DNA of 64,000 nt, from NCBI GenBank assembly GCA_022705325.1, contig JAKJER010000004.1:129724-193723 (forward strand). The letters are read 5' to 3'. This document shows, piece after piece, positions 47,945-56,889 of this stretch. The position numbers were made by a program, and so were the translations under genes. Position 1 is the first letter of the stretch, and each line of letters opens with the position of its first letter. The stretch comes from Planctomycetota bacterium (GTDB lineage Bacteria; Planctomycetota; Phycisphaerae; SM23-33). Under the pieces are notes generated by a model. It was not told where the DNA came from. It ran no database searches and was given only the letters and a program-made list of their open reading frames with translations.

Positions 47945-48442
47945 TCAGTTGGCCGTTGGACCGTCCAGCGTGTAGGTAACGCTGAGGGGCAGGGCGGCGA
48001 TGGCCCACGGTGCGGACTCGGCAGTGTCGAGACTGGGAGGAGCGAAGGCAACGGCGGGCATCGCGTGGCGTCCGTCGCCCCAGTCGCAGGCAGCGGCGGG
48101 GCGAGCCGCGCCGACGGCATTTCGGGCGGCGTTGGCCAGGCGGAGGATCTCTTGCAGGCGGGCCGACTCGTCCACGCCCGCGGGCACCTTGACGGCCAGC
48201 AGGACCTCCATTTCCACCCGGCAGGCCAGATGCTCGTCGGGAGTCGGCTGCTGGTGGGTCCCCAGGTAGCGGACGACGGCTGCGGGCGAGGTGCGGAAAT
48301 GGCACTCCCGGGCCTGCTGGGGCGAGGTGGTCAGCGCGACGGAGGCGAAGACGGCCTGGCCGCCGATGGCGGCGGAGGCCAAGGCGTCGCGGACGTCGGC
48401 CAGGATGGACCAGTCGGTATTGGCTACGGTGATGTCGGGCAT
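47945..48442 (-). CDS. hypothetical phage-like protein (165 aa)
   Basis: ATG at 48440-48442, preceded by a GGAG RBS and a structured leader. Confidence 0.5.
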   Translation of the reverse strand: MPDITVANTDWSILADVRDALASAAIGGQAVFASVALTTSPQQARECHFRTSPAAVVRYLGTHQQPTPDEHLACRVEMEVLLAVKVPAGVDESARLQEILRLANAARNAVGAARPAAACDWGDGRHAMPAVAFAPPSLDTAESAPWAIAALPLSVTYTLDGPTAN

Positions 48443-48563
48443 GGGAAACTCCGGGGATTTGCGATTGTCGATTTGCGATTGTCGATTGGGTTCGCTGGTC
48501 GGGGAGGGCCAATCGACAATCGAAGATCGTCAACCTGCCTGACGGCAGGCAGGTCGAGAATCT
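48443..48563 (-). repeat. structured intergenic element A: 2 x 14-nt tandem repeat + inverted copy + AACCTGCCTG hairpin
   Basis: ATTTGCGATTGTCG x2 (48457-48484); inverted partner CCAATCGACAATCG (48509-48522); hairpin ACCTGCCTG-ACGG-CAGGCAGGT (48533-48554). Confidence 0.55.
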
Positions 48564-49424
48564 CTACAGCCGTGTCACGTACCTGGCCCCGACGGAGCGT
48601 GCGTGGTCGGCTTGTCCGCCGGCGTCGGGGTCGCTGACGAGGGCGAGGTTCCAGGCGGCGATGGCTTCCTTGCGCTTGAGGTCGTGGTAGTCGCGAAGGC
48701 GGCTGTACATGGTGTCGTCGGCGCGTTCGTGGCAAGAGCCGAAGGCCAGCATGAGGGCCCAGTGGACGGCCGTCTCGCGGAGCTGATCGGGACTGGCCAG
48801 GCGGCGGAAGTCCGGGGTGGCTCGGCCGGCCGCGGGCCAGTTACGGTGCTCAGGCGCGCCGAACCCGCCGAGTTGGACGGCGTACTGCTGCGAGGCGGTC
48901 AGCAGGGTCTTGCGCGTGGCGGCGGCGCAGAACCGGGCCATGCCGGCCTGGGTCTCATACACGTCGCTGCCGAGTTGATCGAGGTTCTGGTACTCCTCCC
49001 GCAGGTGCTCATCGACGCAAAGGCAGACCAGAACGGGGACGCTCTGCTCGGGGTCGGCCACGTACCGTTCGAAGAAGAACTCCCCGGCCAGTCGGCTGGA
49101 GTTGACGCTCTGGAGAGTGCAACGGGCGGCGCGGGCGTCGAGGGTGGCCAGGTCGGCCGACCCGGAGGCGACCTGGTGCTCGGCGGCGCAGGCGGGGTCC
49201 TTGTAGAGCCGGACGGTTGCCTGGTCGCCCTCTCTGGTTGAGCGAAGGTAGAGCCAGCCGCCGTGTGTATTGCCCGAGTTGCGGGTGTCCAGCCCGGTAA
49301 GCGACCAGCGGGAGGTCTGGATCTCGTTGCGGTCTTCGTAAGCGTAGGCGTAATCGAAGGCCAGCGGAAGGTCCTGGGCCGGCCCGGACGACGCCGTCGC
49401 GAAGAACGTGAAGGTAGTGGTCAT
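48564..49424 (-). CDS. hypothetical phage-like structural protein (286 aa)
   Basis: Start MTTTFTFFATASS at 49422-49424. Confidence 0.5.
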   Translation of the reverse strand: MTTTFTFFATASSGPAQDLPLAFDYAYAYEDRNEIQTSRWSLTGLDTRNSGNTHGGWLYLRSTREGDQATVRLYKDPACAAEHQVASGSADLATLDARAARCTLQSVNSSRLAGEFFFERYVADPEQSVPVLVCLCVDEHLREEYQNLDQLGSDVYETQAGMARFCAAATRKTLLTASQQYAVQLGGFGAPEHRNWPAAGRATPDFRRLASPDQLRETAVHWALMLAFGSCHERADDTMYSRLRDYHDLKRKEAIAAWNLALVSDPDAGGQADHARSVGARYVTRL

Positions 49425-49438
49425 GGGCGGGTCCTTGT

Positions 49439-50428
49439 TTACGAGACGGCGATGGCTGCGGGGTTGGGGTCGAACTCGTAGCCGGCGAGCTGGCGGTGAC
49501 ACCAGTACGCACCGGCGTCGAGCTTGAAGGCGACCTGGCCCAGGGCGGTGGTGTACTTGGTGCCGGCGATGACGTTGCTGCCGGCCTGGTCGGTGGAAAT
49601 CCAGACGGCTGCCCCGTCCAGCGGGGTGCCCAGGTTGTCGGTGATGGTGATAGTGACGTCGAGGGCTCCGCTGCCGGTCAGGCCGCCGATCGACGCGACG
49701 GCGGTCGCAAGACCGTCCAACTCGTCATCGACCGATCCTCCAGCGGGTGCACCGGGCGAAGGGGCGAGCTTGAGGGCGTCGCGAACCTGCTGTGGCGTCA
49801 GGGCGCTGCCGCCGGCCGGGGCCTGCTCCAGGGCGTTCTCGGTCAGCCGATAGACCGCCCCGTCGGCCTCCAGGGCTGTATCCACCTTGTCCGTGACGGC
49901 CTTGACGGCCGCTACATCGTCGTTTGCCGGGGCGGTATAGTCAGCCGCCGCCAGGCGGGTGTTGACCTGCGTGTTACTGGCCGGATCGGCGGGGAGGTTG
50001 TCGGTCTTGGCCTTGATGGCGGCCACGTCCGAGTTGGCCGGCTCCGTGTAGTCCGCGTCGGCCAGCCGGCTGCCAACCGTGGCGTCGATGCGGCTCAGTC
50101 CGAGGGCGGCTGCGTCGTTCGGGTCGAAGGCGACGACCTGGACGCTCTCGCCTGGGCACTCGGCCGTGTTGGCGGACTTGTAACGTGTCTCGATGGACGT
50201 GCCTGCGGTCTCCACTGCCGACTGAGTCAGTTCGGCGTAGTATCGGCCGTTGCCGACAGAGACCAGCGTCCCAATTCCGGTGTCGGTCCAAGCTCCACCG
50301 TCAGAGGAAATCTGAGGCTGCCCGCTGGCTTCGCCAGTTTCGGGCGTGAGGCCGTCGGTTACGTCCACCAGGTGGAAGTACACTCGCCGGCGACTTGCGG
50401 TGGATTCATTTGCCTTGATGAGTTTCAT
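49439..50428 (-). CDS. fibre-like protein with internal sequence repeats (329 aa)
   Basis: Strong GGAGG RBS; ATG at 50426-50428; repeated ADYTxPANxDVAAxKAxTD units. Confidence 0.55.
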   Translation of the reverse strand: MKLIKANESTASRRRVYFHLVDVTDGLTPETGEASGQPQISSDGGAWTDTGIGTLVSVGNGRYYAELTQSAVETAGTSIETRYKSANTAECPGESVQVVAFDPNDAAALGLSRIDATVGSRLADADYTEPANSDVAAIKAKTDNLPADPASNTQVNTRLAAADYTAPANDDVAAVKAVTDKVDTALEADGAVYRLTENALEQAPAGGSALTPQQVRDALKLAPSPGAPAGGSVDDELDGLATAVASIGGLTGSGALDVTITITDNLGTPLDGAAVWISTDQAGSNVIAGTKYTTALGQVAFKLDAGAYWCHRQLAGYEFDPNPAAIAVS

Positions 50429-50430
50429 TG

Positions 50431-51273
50431 TCAAGCGTACCTCCGTCGGAGGATGTAACGGTTGAAGAAGAACGGGTAGGTGGAAGGCCCCACCGGGACG
50501 ATGAACACTCGCCGTGTGCTGAGCGTTCGCAGCATCCCCCATCGACGAGAGGGATGCCAGAGATCGTAGACCTCCGCGTCGGTGAGCACGCGGTTGTATA
50601 CTCGGACTTCGCCAAGTCTCCCAGCAAAGTACCGGCTGAACGAGCCGCCCCAGTACAGCATTCCGATGGACATGACCGTGGCGGCCGGCTCGTTGGTGGT
50701 TGACGCGTCTGTGCCTTTGGCTGAGCCGTTCAGCCAGGCGATGGAGGAGCCGTTGGCGTTGACAGCCCCGGTGGCCAATGCCCACTGCCCGGTGGGATAT
50801 GCCTGCATACTCTGGGCGGCTGAGGCGTTTGAGCCGTCATATACGCCCATTCTGACCGGGTCGCCTGCTGTGTCGCCCACAAGGTCAAGCGACATGATGG
50901 CCGTGCTGCTTGCGTAGGAGCTTTTGCCAAAAAGCACTTGGCGTGTAGTGCTGCTGGTGGAGTTGAACCAGGCCGAGATCGTGCAGCCCCGGTTGAAGAA
51001 CGGGGTGGCGATCTTGCTCAGTCTGTCGCTGCTTCCGTTGTACAGCGCGGAGCGACCGAATGTCCTGTCGCCCACCACGGATGGGTAGTCGCCGGAGTCG
51101 GTGATGGGATGTCGCCGCAACGCCAGGTCGGATGCCCCGCCAATGACGCTCGACGCCAACCAGAATGGGTAATAGGCAACCAGCCCGCGCGACTGCGGGT
51201 GGGACCAATCGACCGGCTGGGCCAGGTCGATCTGGTCGGCTCGCGGAGGCCCAGGATTGGTCCAGTCTCCCAT
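50431..51273 (-). CDS. LamG (concanavalin A-like lectin, Laminin_G_3) domain protein
   Basis: CTISAWFN...LFGK...GRLGEVRVYNRVLTDAEV matches the Laminin_G_3 signature (xISAWxK...G.IDEVRIYNRALS.EEI). Confidence 0.6.
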   Translation of the reverse strand: MGDWTNPGPPRADQIDLAQPVDWSHPQSRGLVAYYPFWLASSVIGGASDLALRRHPITDSGDYPSVVGDRTFGRSALYNGSSDRLSKIATPFFNRGCTISAWFNSTSSTTRQVLFGKSSYASSTAIMSLDLVGDTAGDPVRMGVYDGSNASAAQSMQAYPTGQWALATGAVNANGSSIAWLNGSAKGTDASTTNEPAATVMSIGMLYWGGSFSRYFAGRLGEVRVYNRVLTDAEVYDLWHPSRRWGMLRTLSTRRVFIVPVGPSTYPFFFNRYILRRRYA

Positions 51274-51275
51274 GA

Positions 51276-51737
51276 TTACGCCCCCGCGTCACTGTGAGGC
51301 GTGACGGTCAGTGCGTGGTCGCTTCCGGTTCCGCTCAAGGCTTGGCCGGTAGCGTCGTTGTAGACCACCAGGACCAGATAGCGGGCCTGTACGCGAACGT
51401 GGCAGGCCGCCACTTGACTGTCGGTGTCGGCGTCGGCCACCAGAGGCTTCAGTTCGTCCAGGTTGCGCAGGTCGTCCACGTCGCTGAAGGCCGCGTCCGA
51501 TCCGCTGCATCCGCCGGGATAGTTGGAGTTGGTCTCGCACCAGGCGGCAAACAGCCGCAGCAGCGTTCCGCTTGTGGGGGCCGAGGCCCACTTCGTCCGC
51601 AGGCGGATGAGTACCTCGGAGGCGTGGTTGGCTCCCAGGTCGATCAGCGTGGACTGGCGGGCCGAGCCGCTGGCCAGCGAGTCGAGCGTGATGGTCGCAG
51701 TTACGGGAGTGTCCTGGGTCTTGTAGAAGGTGGTCAT
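51276..51737 (-). CDS. hypothetical phage-like protein (153 aa)
   Basis: 4-nt overlap with the upstream gene. Confidence 0.45.
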   Translation of the reverse strand: MTTFYKTQDTPVTATITLDSLASGSARQSTLIDLGANHASEVLIRLRTKWASAPTSGTLLRLFAAWCETNSNYPGGCSGSDAAFSDVDDLRNLDELKPLVADADTDSQVAACHVRVQARYLVLVVYNDATGQALSGTGSDHALTVTPHSDAGA

Positions 51738-52183
51738 GATTTCGCAATCCTCCCATCAGGCCTGTCAGGCTTCAGGGCGTTGGAGATGTCGTTGACGGTC
51801 AGGCCAGGGAAGTCCCGCTCGGCGACGGAGCCGGGGCGGGTCTTGTTGGCGTTGATGCGGGCTCGGCTGGAAGGCTTGTCGGCGAGCACGATGTCGGCAA
51901 AGACAGCCGCACTGTCGCCCTGCATGTCCACCTGGCCGGCGATCAACAGAACGCTCAGGTGTTGGAGCTGCTGCGTGGAGAGGTCCATCCGCTCGGTCGG
52001 GTCGATCAGGGCGTCGAACTCGACGGCATCGACGCGGCCACGGGGGACTTGGATGTCGTCCCGTACGCGGCTGAGTTCGGTCAGGATGTCGGCGTCCCGC
52101 CCGAGCCGGGCGTGGTCGGCCAACTGCGGGTCGGCCTGGATCCGGAGACGCAGGCTCTGGGAGTCGGATTCAGTCAGGGGCAT
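51734..52183 (-). CDS. hypothetical phage-like protein (149 aa)
   Basis: ATG at 52181-52183 (MPLTESDSQ). The upstream Arg/Pro-rich extension of the track ORF is rejected. Confidence 0.45.
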   Translation of the reverse strand: MPLTESDSQSLRLRIQADPQLADHARLGRDADILTELSRVRDDIQVPRGRVDAVEFDALIDPTERMDLSTQQLQHLSVLLIAGQVDMQGDSAAVFADIVLADKPSSRARINANKTRPGSVAERDFPGLTVNDISNALKPDRPDGRIAKS

Positions 52184-52227
52184 GATAGTCCTCGATGTTC
52201 GAGTGCAAGGTCGGTCCGCCGCCGGCA

Positions 52228-53169
52228 TCAGCGGCCGGTGCGAAGGCGATGCGGGGCGAGCAGTCCGGCGAGCAGGGCGGGGTCGGCGAGTTCCTTTGTG
52301 CTGAACTGTCTGCACGCCAGGTGGAAGAGGTAGTTTCGTACGGCCGCCGGCGCCTGGTCTTCGCTGGGGCCGAGGTCGCCGTCGGCCATGGAGGCCAGCG
52401 CCCGAGGCAGGTCCGCCAGCGAGCAGCGCCGGGCGACGCGTGCAATGGTGTAGGAAGCGGGGCCGAGGGCCAGAAGCGGACACCCGGCGGCCAGGGCCTC
52501 GTTGCCCGAGTTGGAGTTGATGGTGACGGCGAAGCGAGCGCCCGCCAGCGCGTCCTGGAGGGACCCGTCGATCACCCGGGCCCTTCCGGTCCAGCCGAAC
52601 CGCCAACTCGAGCTGGGATGGACGCGTACGCGGATGTCCAGGTCGCAGGGGGAGGCGTCCTGGACGGCCTGCACCAGGGGCAAAGGGTGATGCAACTCGC
52701 AGCCGTCGAGTTGGCTGTCGCAGGCGACCTGGAGCAGCAGGAGCAGGTAGCCGTGGCGGCGCGAGCGAAGCGGCTGGGGCAGACGCCCGTAGGAGCCGAC
52801 GAAACGGGCCTGGCCCTCCGGCGGGGCCGGGGCACGGAGGATGTCTTGGCGGGCCCACGAGGCGGTGTGACTGAAGCCCTGCGGGTCGAGTTGCGTGAAG
52901 CGATAGCGATCGAAGAAGCCGCGTTCCATGACGATCACGTGCAGGCCGCGGCGGCGGGCGTCGGCGGCGACCTGGCCCCAGAAGCCCTTTCGGCCGTTCC
53001 ACAGAAACAAGGCTTCGGGCAGTTCGGAGAAGCCGCCCAGGCGGCAATCGGCGCTGGGAGCGAGTACCTGCACCGAGTGGCCCAGGACCTCCAGACCCGC
53101 CTTCAACGAGGCGAACGGCTCTTCGGGGTTGGCGAAGCGGCGGTTGTCGCAGAGGATTCCGACTCGCAT
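52228..53169 (-). CDS. Capsule_synth (KpsC/KpsS/LpsZ-like) family glycosyltransferase-like protein
   Basis: C-terminal FAVTINSNSGNEALAAGCPLLALG resembles the conserved Capsule_synth GT-B motif (V.T.NST.G.EAL..GKPV). ATG at 53167-53169. Confidence 0.45.
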   Translation of the reverse strand: MRVGILCDNRRFANPEEPFASLKAGLEVLGHSVQVLAPSADCRLGGFSELPEALFLWNGRKGFWGQVAADARRRGLHVIVMERGFFDRYRFTQLDPQGFSHTASWARQDILRAPAPPEGQARFVGSYGRLPQPLRSRRHGYLLLLLQVACDSQLDGCELHHPLPLVQAVQDASPCDLDIRVRVHPSSSWRFGWTGRARVIDGSLQDALAGARFAVTINSNSGNEALAAGCPLLALGPASYTIARVARRCSLADLPRALASMADGDLGPSEDQAPAAVRNYLFHLACRQFSTKELADPALLAGLLAPHRLRTGR

Positions 53170-53855
53170 GATGGTCCTGTCAGATGGGTGTAGTGAGTGG
53201 CCGTGACGGCTTGAAGGCGGCTTCGGGGCGAGAGGTTCCACAGATGCCCGCCGAGCTGGCGCACGGCCCGTGCGGCGGCGGCGAACTGCTCCTCGACGCT
53301 CGCAGGCGGCGGGCGGTCGTATTGACCCTGCCAGCCCTCTTCGGCATGGTCATAGGGGCTGACCATCCGCGGGTGGCCGCCGTGGTAATCCAGACCCAGG
53401 AAGTAGATGCGCCGGCAGCCCTGGAAGAACGCCCAGTTGGCGGCCATCAGGCAGACGGACGAGTTGGCCAGGACGGCGGCCTCGCGGTTCTCGTCCAGGA
53501 CGGGCCGCTCCTGCCACGGGCCGTCGAAACGGAGGAACTGGTCGCAGTGGGTCACGCGGCGGTCGGCGGGTCCGACCTTCCAGGCCGGGCAGGGCTTCCA
53601 AAGCTCCTCGTGGTACCGGATGCCCCATTTCTGCTCGTGCCAGAGGTTGCGATAGGTGTCGCGGATGACCATGGCGTGGAGCGTCGCGCGGCGGAGGGCG
53701 GCGAAGGCCAGGCAACGGTTGGTGCCGACGATCAGGAGATCAGGGACCCTTCGCAGTGCGGACCAGAACGCCGGCGGCACCGAGTCGATGGACGGCCCGT
53801 TGCCCAGGACGAGGGCGACCTGGCCCGCGGGCGGCTGTCTGCTCGTGTGGGGCAT
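53103..53855 (-). CDS. GT42/DUF115 (CstII-sialyltransferase / Maf / MptE-like) family protein
   Basis: LVLGNGPSIDSV, LLIVGTNRCLAF and NSSVCLMAANWAFFQGCRRIYFLGLDY parallel CstII IAGNGPSL, DVFRCNQF and SGVYMCAVAIALGYKEIYLSGIDFY. 67-nt overlap with the downstream gene. Confidence 0.5.
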   Translation of the reverse strand: MPHTSRQPPAGQVALVLGNGPSIDSVPPAFWSALRRVPDLLIVGTNRCLAFAALRRATLHAMVIRDTYRNLWHEQKWGIRYHEELWKPCPAWKVGPADRRVTHCDQFLRFDGPWQERPVLDENREAAVLANSSVCLMAANWAFFQGCRRIYFLGLDYHGGHPRMVSPYDHAEEGWQGQYDRPPPASVEEQFAAAARAVRQLGGHLWNLSPRSRLQAVTATHYTHLTGPSCESESSATTAASPTPKSRSPR

Positions 53856-54069
53856 GGAGTCTGTTCTCGACGGCAAATGAGACCCCCGGGGGCCGCCCGG
53901 GCCACGGACAGGGAGGCACAAAGGCGGACGCGAAGCGGCGTCGTTCTCCTGTCCGTAGCTGCCGGGCGGCGAGGGGGAAGGAGCGATTCCCCCGGGCGGG
54001 TTCACGATTTCACGGGTCGTCGGACGGTCGAGAACTCATGCGACTCGTCCTTTATCCGTGGATTTCGTG

Positions 54070-55116
54070 CTACACGCTGGCGTTGAAGACGCCCTTGACG
54101 ATCTTGAGCTGGCGGTGATCGTCGTAGTCCTCGTCCCAGTTGGAGGCGGTGGCCAGCTCGGCGTCGGTGGGGTTGTCGGTGGCCGACGCCCACTTCATGC
54201 CGTAGACCTCGTACTCCACGTCGAAGTCCTCGCGGACGTAGGACATGCTGGACTGCTTGAGGATGTCCCGCTGCAGTTCGATGCCCTGGTCGTAGAGGAT
54301 GGTGGCGCCCAGCGAGCCCACGCCCAGGCCCAGCACGACGTATTCGGCGTAGTAGCTGCTGGTGAGGGCGGAGATCAGGGCCGGGGCGTCGCAGACGATG
54401 ACGCGGCGCCCGAAGGCCTGGACCACGTCCTGGTAGATCGTGGCGCCGGCGACGCGGTCGAACTGGTAGTTGCCGATCGAGTCGCCCACCAGGTCGGCGA
54501 AGACGGCCGAGGGCATCACGAAGGCGGCGATGTCCTCGCGGGCGTCGGACATCTTGGCCAGCAGGAGGTTGAGGTGCGCCATCGTGGCGGTGACCTTGGC
54601 CCCGGCGGTCTTGCCCCGGGCGACGTCCAGGATGTGGGCGTCGGCGGCAGGCGTGTCGGCGGAGTCGACGGCCGCCACGGCCGCCGCCAGCAGGTTGTTG
54701 CGGATGCGCAGCAGCTTGTTGTCGGCGAACTGCTGGCCGAGGTTGACCATGGCGGAGGTCATGTCGAACTTCCGCCCGGCCTTGCGGGCCTGGATGTCGG
54801 TGATGCTGACCGGCCCGCAGCCGAGGGTCTGGCGGACGAGCTTGCCGCCGGTCATCTCGAGCTTCTTGACGTCGACGGCGTCGCCGGGGTTGGCGTTGTC
54901 GCGCCGCCCGATCAGGTCGCTGATGGGCTTCCAGCGGGCGGTGTCGGTGAAGTCGCCGCCGGCGGCCATCTGCCGCGCGGGGTCGCTCTCCAGCACGAGG
55001 GTGCCGCCGCTGGCGGCGTTGAACAGGTCGATCTTCTCCACGGTGCGGCGGTATTCCTCCGCGCGCAGCGTGTCTTTGTAGACCATGTCGGAGGGGGCTC
55101 CGTACTCGGTAGTCAT
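54070..55116 (-). CDS. putative major capsid protein (348 aa)
   Basis: Lies immediately after the scaffold-like genes and portal; the size is typical. An unusual low-GC 215-nt leader lies upstream. No family motif could be confirmed by eye. Confidence 0.45.
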   Translation of the reverse strand: MTTEYGAPSDMVYKDTLRAEEYRRTVEKIDLFNAASGGTLVLESDPARQMAAGGDFTDTARWKPISDLIGRRDNANPGDAVDVKKLEMTGGKLVRQTLGCGPVSITDIQARKAGRKFDMTSAMVNLGQQFADNKLLRIRNNLLAAAVAAVDSADTPAADAHILDVARGKTAGAKVTATMAHLNLLLAKMSDAREDIAAFVMPSAVFADLVGDSIGNYQFDRVAGATIYQDVVQAFGRRVIVCDAPALISALTSSYYAEYVVLGLGVGSLGATILYDQGIELQRDILKQSSMSYVREDFDVEYEVYGMKWASATDNPTDAELATASNWDEDYDDHRQLKIVKGVFNASV

Positions 55117-55332
55117 AGGATTCCTTTCGGTTGGGGAAGGTTTGGTTTCGAGACGCGGGTGGGCGTGCTGCCCGGGGTGGGACCAGCAGGCTCTCTATCA
55201 CCAAGCTCACCGAGGCCACTACGATCAGAAAGGAAAAAGAAAGAGATCACGATGTCTTTGTGTTCTCTATCTTCTTTCTTCTTGAGCTTTGCGAGCTTTG
55301 TGCTCTTTGTGATTTGAGCTGCTTGCCGAGGA

Positions 55333-56154
55333 TCAGGACTGGCGCCGCTGCGCCAGTTGGAGATAGGCGGCCGGGCCATGGCGGGCGATGAACTCGGCCT
55401 TGGCCCGCGGGTCGCGGTCGAGCGTGCGGATGTCGACGGCCGGCGGCGCCGTGAACCCGCCGTGGGCGCCGCTGCCGGTGTCGTGCGAGGGCGGCAGGAA
55501 GTGGCTGCCTTCCCGGGCGAGCCAGTCGGCCACGAAGTTGCGGACGCTCACGGGCGACTCGTCAGCCGGGTCAAGCTGGACCGCTCCGTTCTCGTCGAGC
55601 ACGCGGACGGCGGGCTTGTCGTCGTCAAGCTCGACGCGGATCCGCGGGCCCAGCAGGGCGGCCGCCTGCGCGAGCATCCGCTCGCCGTTGGCGCAGCCGC
55701 GTCCGACGCCGCAGGCGGCGAGCGTCTTGTGCAGTTCGCTCAGGCCGGCCAGTTCGCGGACGGCGGCGGTCAGCCGCTCGATGCGGGCGTCCTTGACGGC
55801 CAGGTCGTCGGCGGCCAGGCGCAGACGCTGGTACTCCTCGTGCTGCTCGGGCGGCAGGGCCCGCGGACGGAGCTGTTCCAACTCGCCCTCGGCCTTCTGC
55901 GCCCGCTGACGATACTTACGGCTCTGCCCGGCCTCGCGCAGGTACTCCGCCTTCCAGTCGCGGTCGGCGGCGTCGCCGGGGCGATCGGCGCCGGGCGGTT
56001 CGTCAGCCGGCGGCTCCGCGGCTGCAGCCGCGTCGTCGGTTGCGGTGGATGCCGCCCCTCCGGGCGGCGGATCGTCGGCGGCGAAGAACACCCGGAATTC
56101 TTGCGGACGACGGAGACGGGGAGTTTCGAACCTGCTACGGTAGGATGGGATCAT
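55333..56154 (-). CDS. scaffolding-like coiled-coil protein (paralog 2)
   Basis: Ala/Glu/Arg/Leu-rich predicted coiled coil. Its C-terminal LDRDPRAKAEFIARHGPAAYLQLA is shared with 56213-56791. Confidence 0.45.
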   Translation of the reverse strand: MIPSYRSRFETPRLRRPQEFRVFFAADDPPPGGAASTATDDAAAAAEPPADEPPGADRPGDAADRDWKAEYLREAGQSRKYRQRAQKAEGELEQLRPRALPPEQHEEYQRLRLAADDLAVKDARIERLTAAVRELAGLSELHKTLAACGVGRGCANGERMLAQAAALLGPRIRVELDDDKPAVRVLDENGAVQLDPADESPVSVRNFVADWLAREGSHFLPPSHDTGSGAHGGFTAPPAVDIRTLDRDPRAKAEFIARHGPAAYLQLAQRRQS

Positions 56155-56212
56155 CGGCTTTCCTGTCAATGCACTGGGTTTCGAGTCTCTCTATGGCGGG
56201 CAGGTGTCTCAG

Positions 56213-56791
56213 TCACTTGCTCTTTGCTCTGGCCCTGGCGGCGAGGTCGATGAAGGCAGCGCTGCCGTGTCGGGCGATGAACTGGGCCTTGCGCGCGGGG
56301 TCGCGGTCGAGGGCGGTCAGCAGTTCGACGGGATCGACCTGGTCGACGTCGGCGGCCCCGTTGACGACGGCCCGGGCCTGACGCTGGCTGGCGCTGCGCT
56401 GGAGCGACTGGCGGAGCAGCGGGTTGTCCTGCACCTCGCGCAGGAGGAACTCGGTGGGGTTGGGCTCGATGCGGACCTCGCCGTCGCCCGCGACCCGGCA
56501 CTGGAAGCGGTGAGCGTACGCGGCGGCCGCCTGGCTGGACAGGCCGACGTTGGCGGCTGCCTGGGCCAGGGCCTGGTTCAGCGCCGCGGCCGCGTAGTGG
56601 GTGCGGAGGGCGGCGTTGTCCCGCTCGGCCTGATCGAGCAGGTCGCGCTGGGCGCTGGCGTCCTGGACGGCGGCCAGCAGCTCGTCCACGCGGGCCTGGA
56701 GGTGGGCGTTTTCCTGCTGGAGGGCGGCCAGCGTGTCGGCGTCGGCGGGGGCGTCGGGGGCAGCGGCGGCAGGGGGAGACGTTTCGGACAT
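56213..56791 (-). CDS. scaffolding-like coiled-coil protein (paralog 1)
   Basis: LAALQQENAHLQARVDELLAAVQDA coiled coil; C-terminal LDRDPARKAQFIARHGSAAFIDLA. ATG at 56789-56791. Confidence 0.45.
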   Translation of the reverse strand: MSETSPPAAAAPDAPADADTLAALQQENAHLQARVDELLAAVQDASAQRDLLDQAERDNAALRTHYAAAALNQALAQAAANVGLSSQAAAAYAHRFQCRVAGDGEVRIEPNPTEFLLREVQDNPLLRQSLQRSASQRQARAVVNGAADVDQVDPVELLTALDRDPARKAQFIARHGSAAFIDLAARARAKSK

Positions 56792-56889
56792 AGCGGTTCC
56801 TTTGGCTGGGCGGAGACTGTGTGGCAAGGGGCGGTTCCGTGAAGACGCAAGCGTTTCGGAGGGTCAAGGAGCGGCGGACGACAGAGCCG

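Noticed and set aside
46941-48533. 530-aa minus-strand ORF from the track
   Set aside because: Only the last 185 aa (46941-47498) look protein-like; the rest is Arg/Pro/Gly-rich GC-frame artefact. The region 47507-48442 is better explained by two ORFs in other frames (47507-47911, 47945-48442).
51734-53047. 437-aa ORF with an Arg/Pro-rich N-terminal 288 aa
   Set aside because: GC-skew artefact overlapping the Capsule_synth-like gene. Only the C-terminal 149 aa (ATG 52183) has protein-like composition.
53856-54005. N-terminal 50-aa Pro/Gly-rich extension of the GT42/DUF115-like ORF
   Set aside because: Low complexity; it contains an inverted repeat (CGGACAGG...CCTGTCCG) and a GC hairpin. It is more likely a structured intergenic region downstream of the capsid gene.
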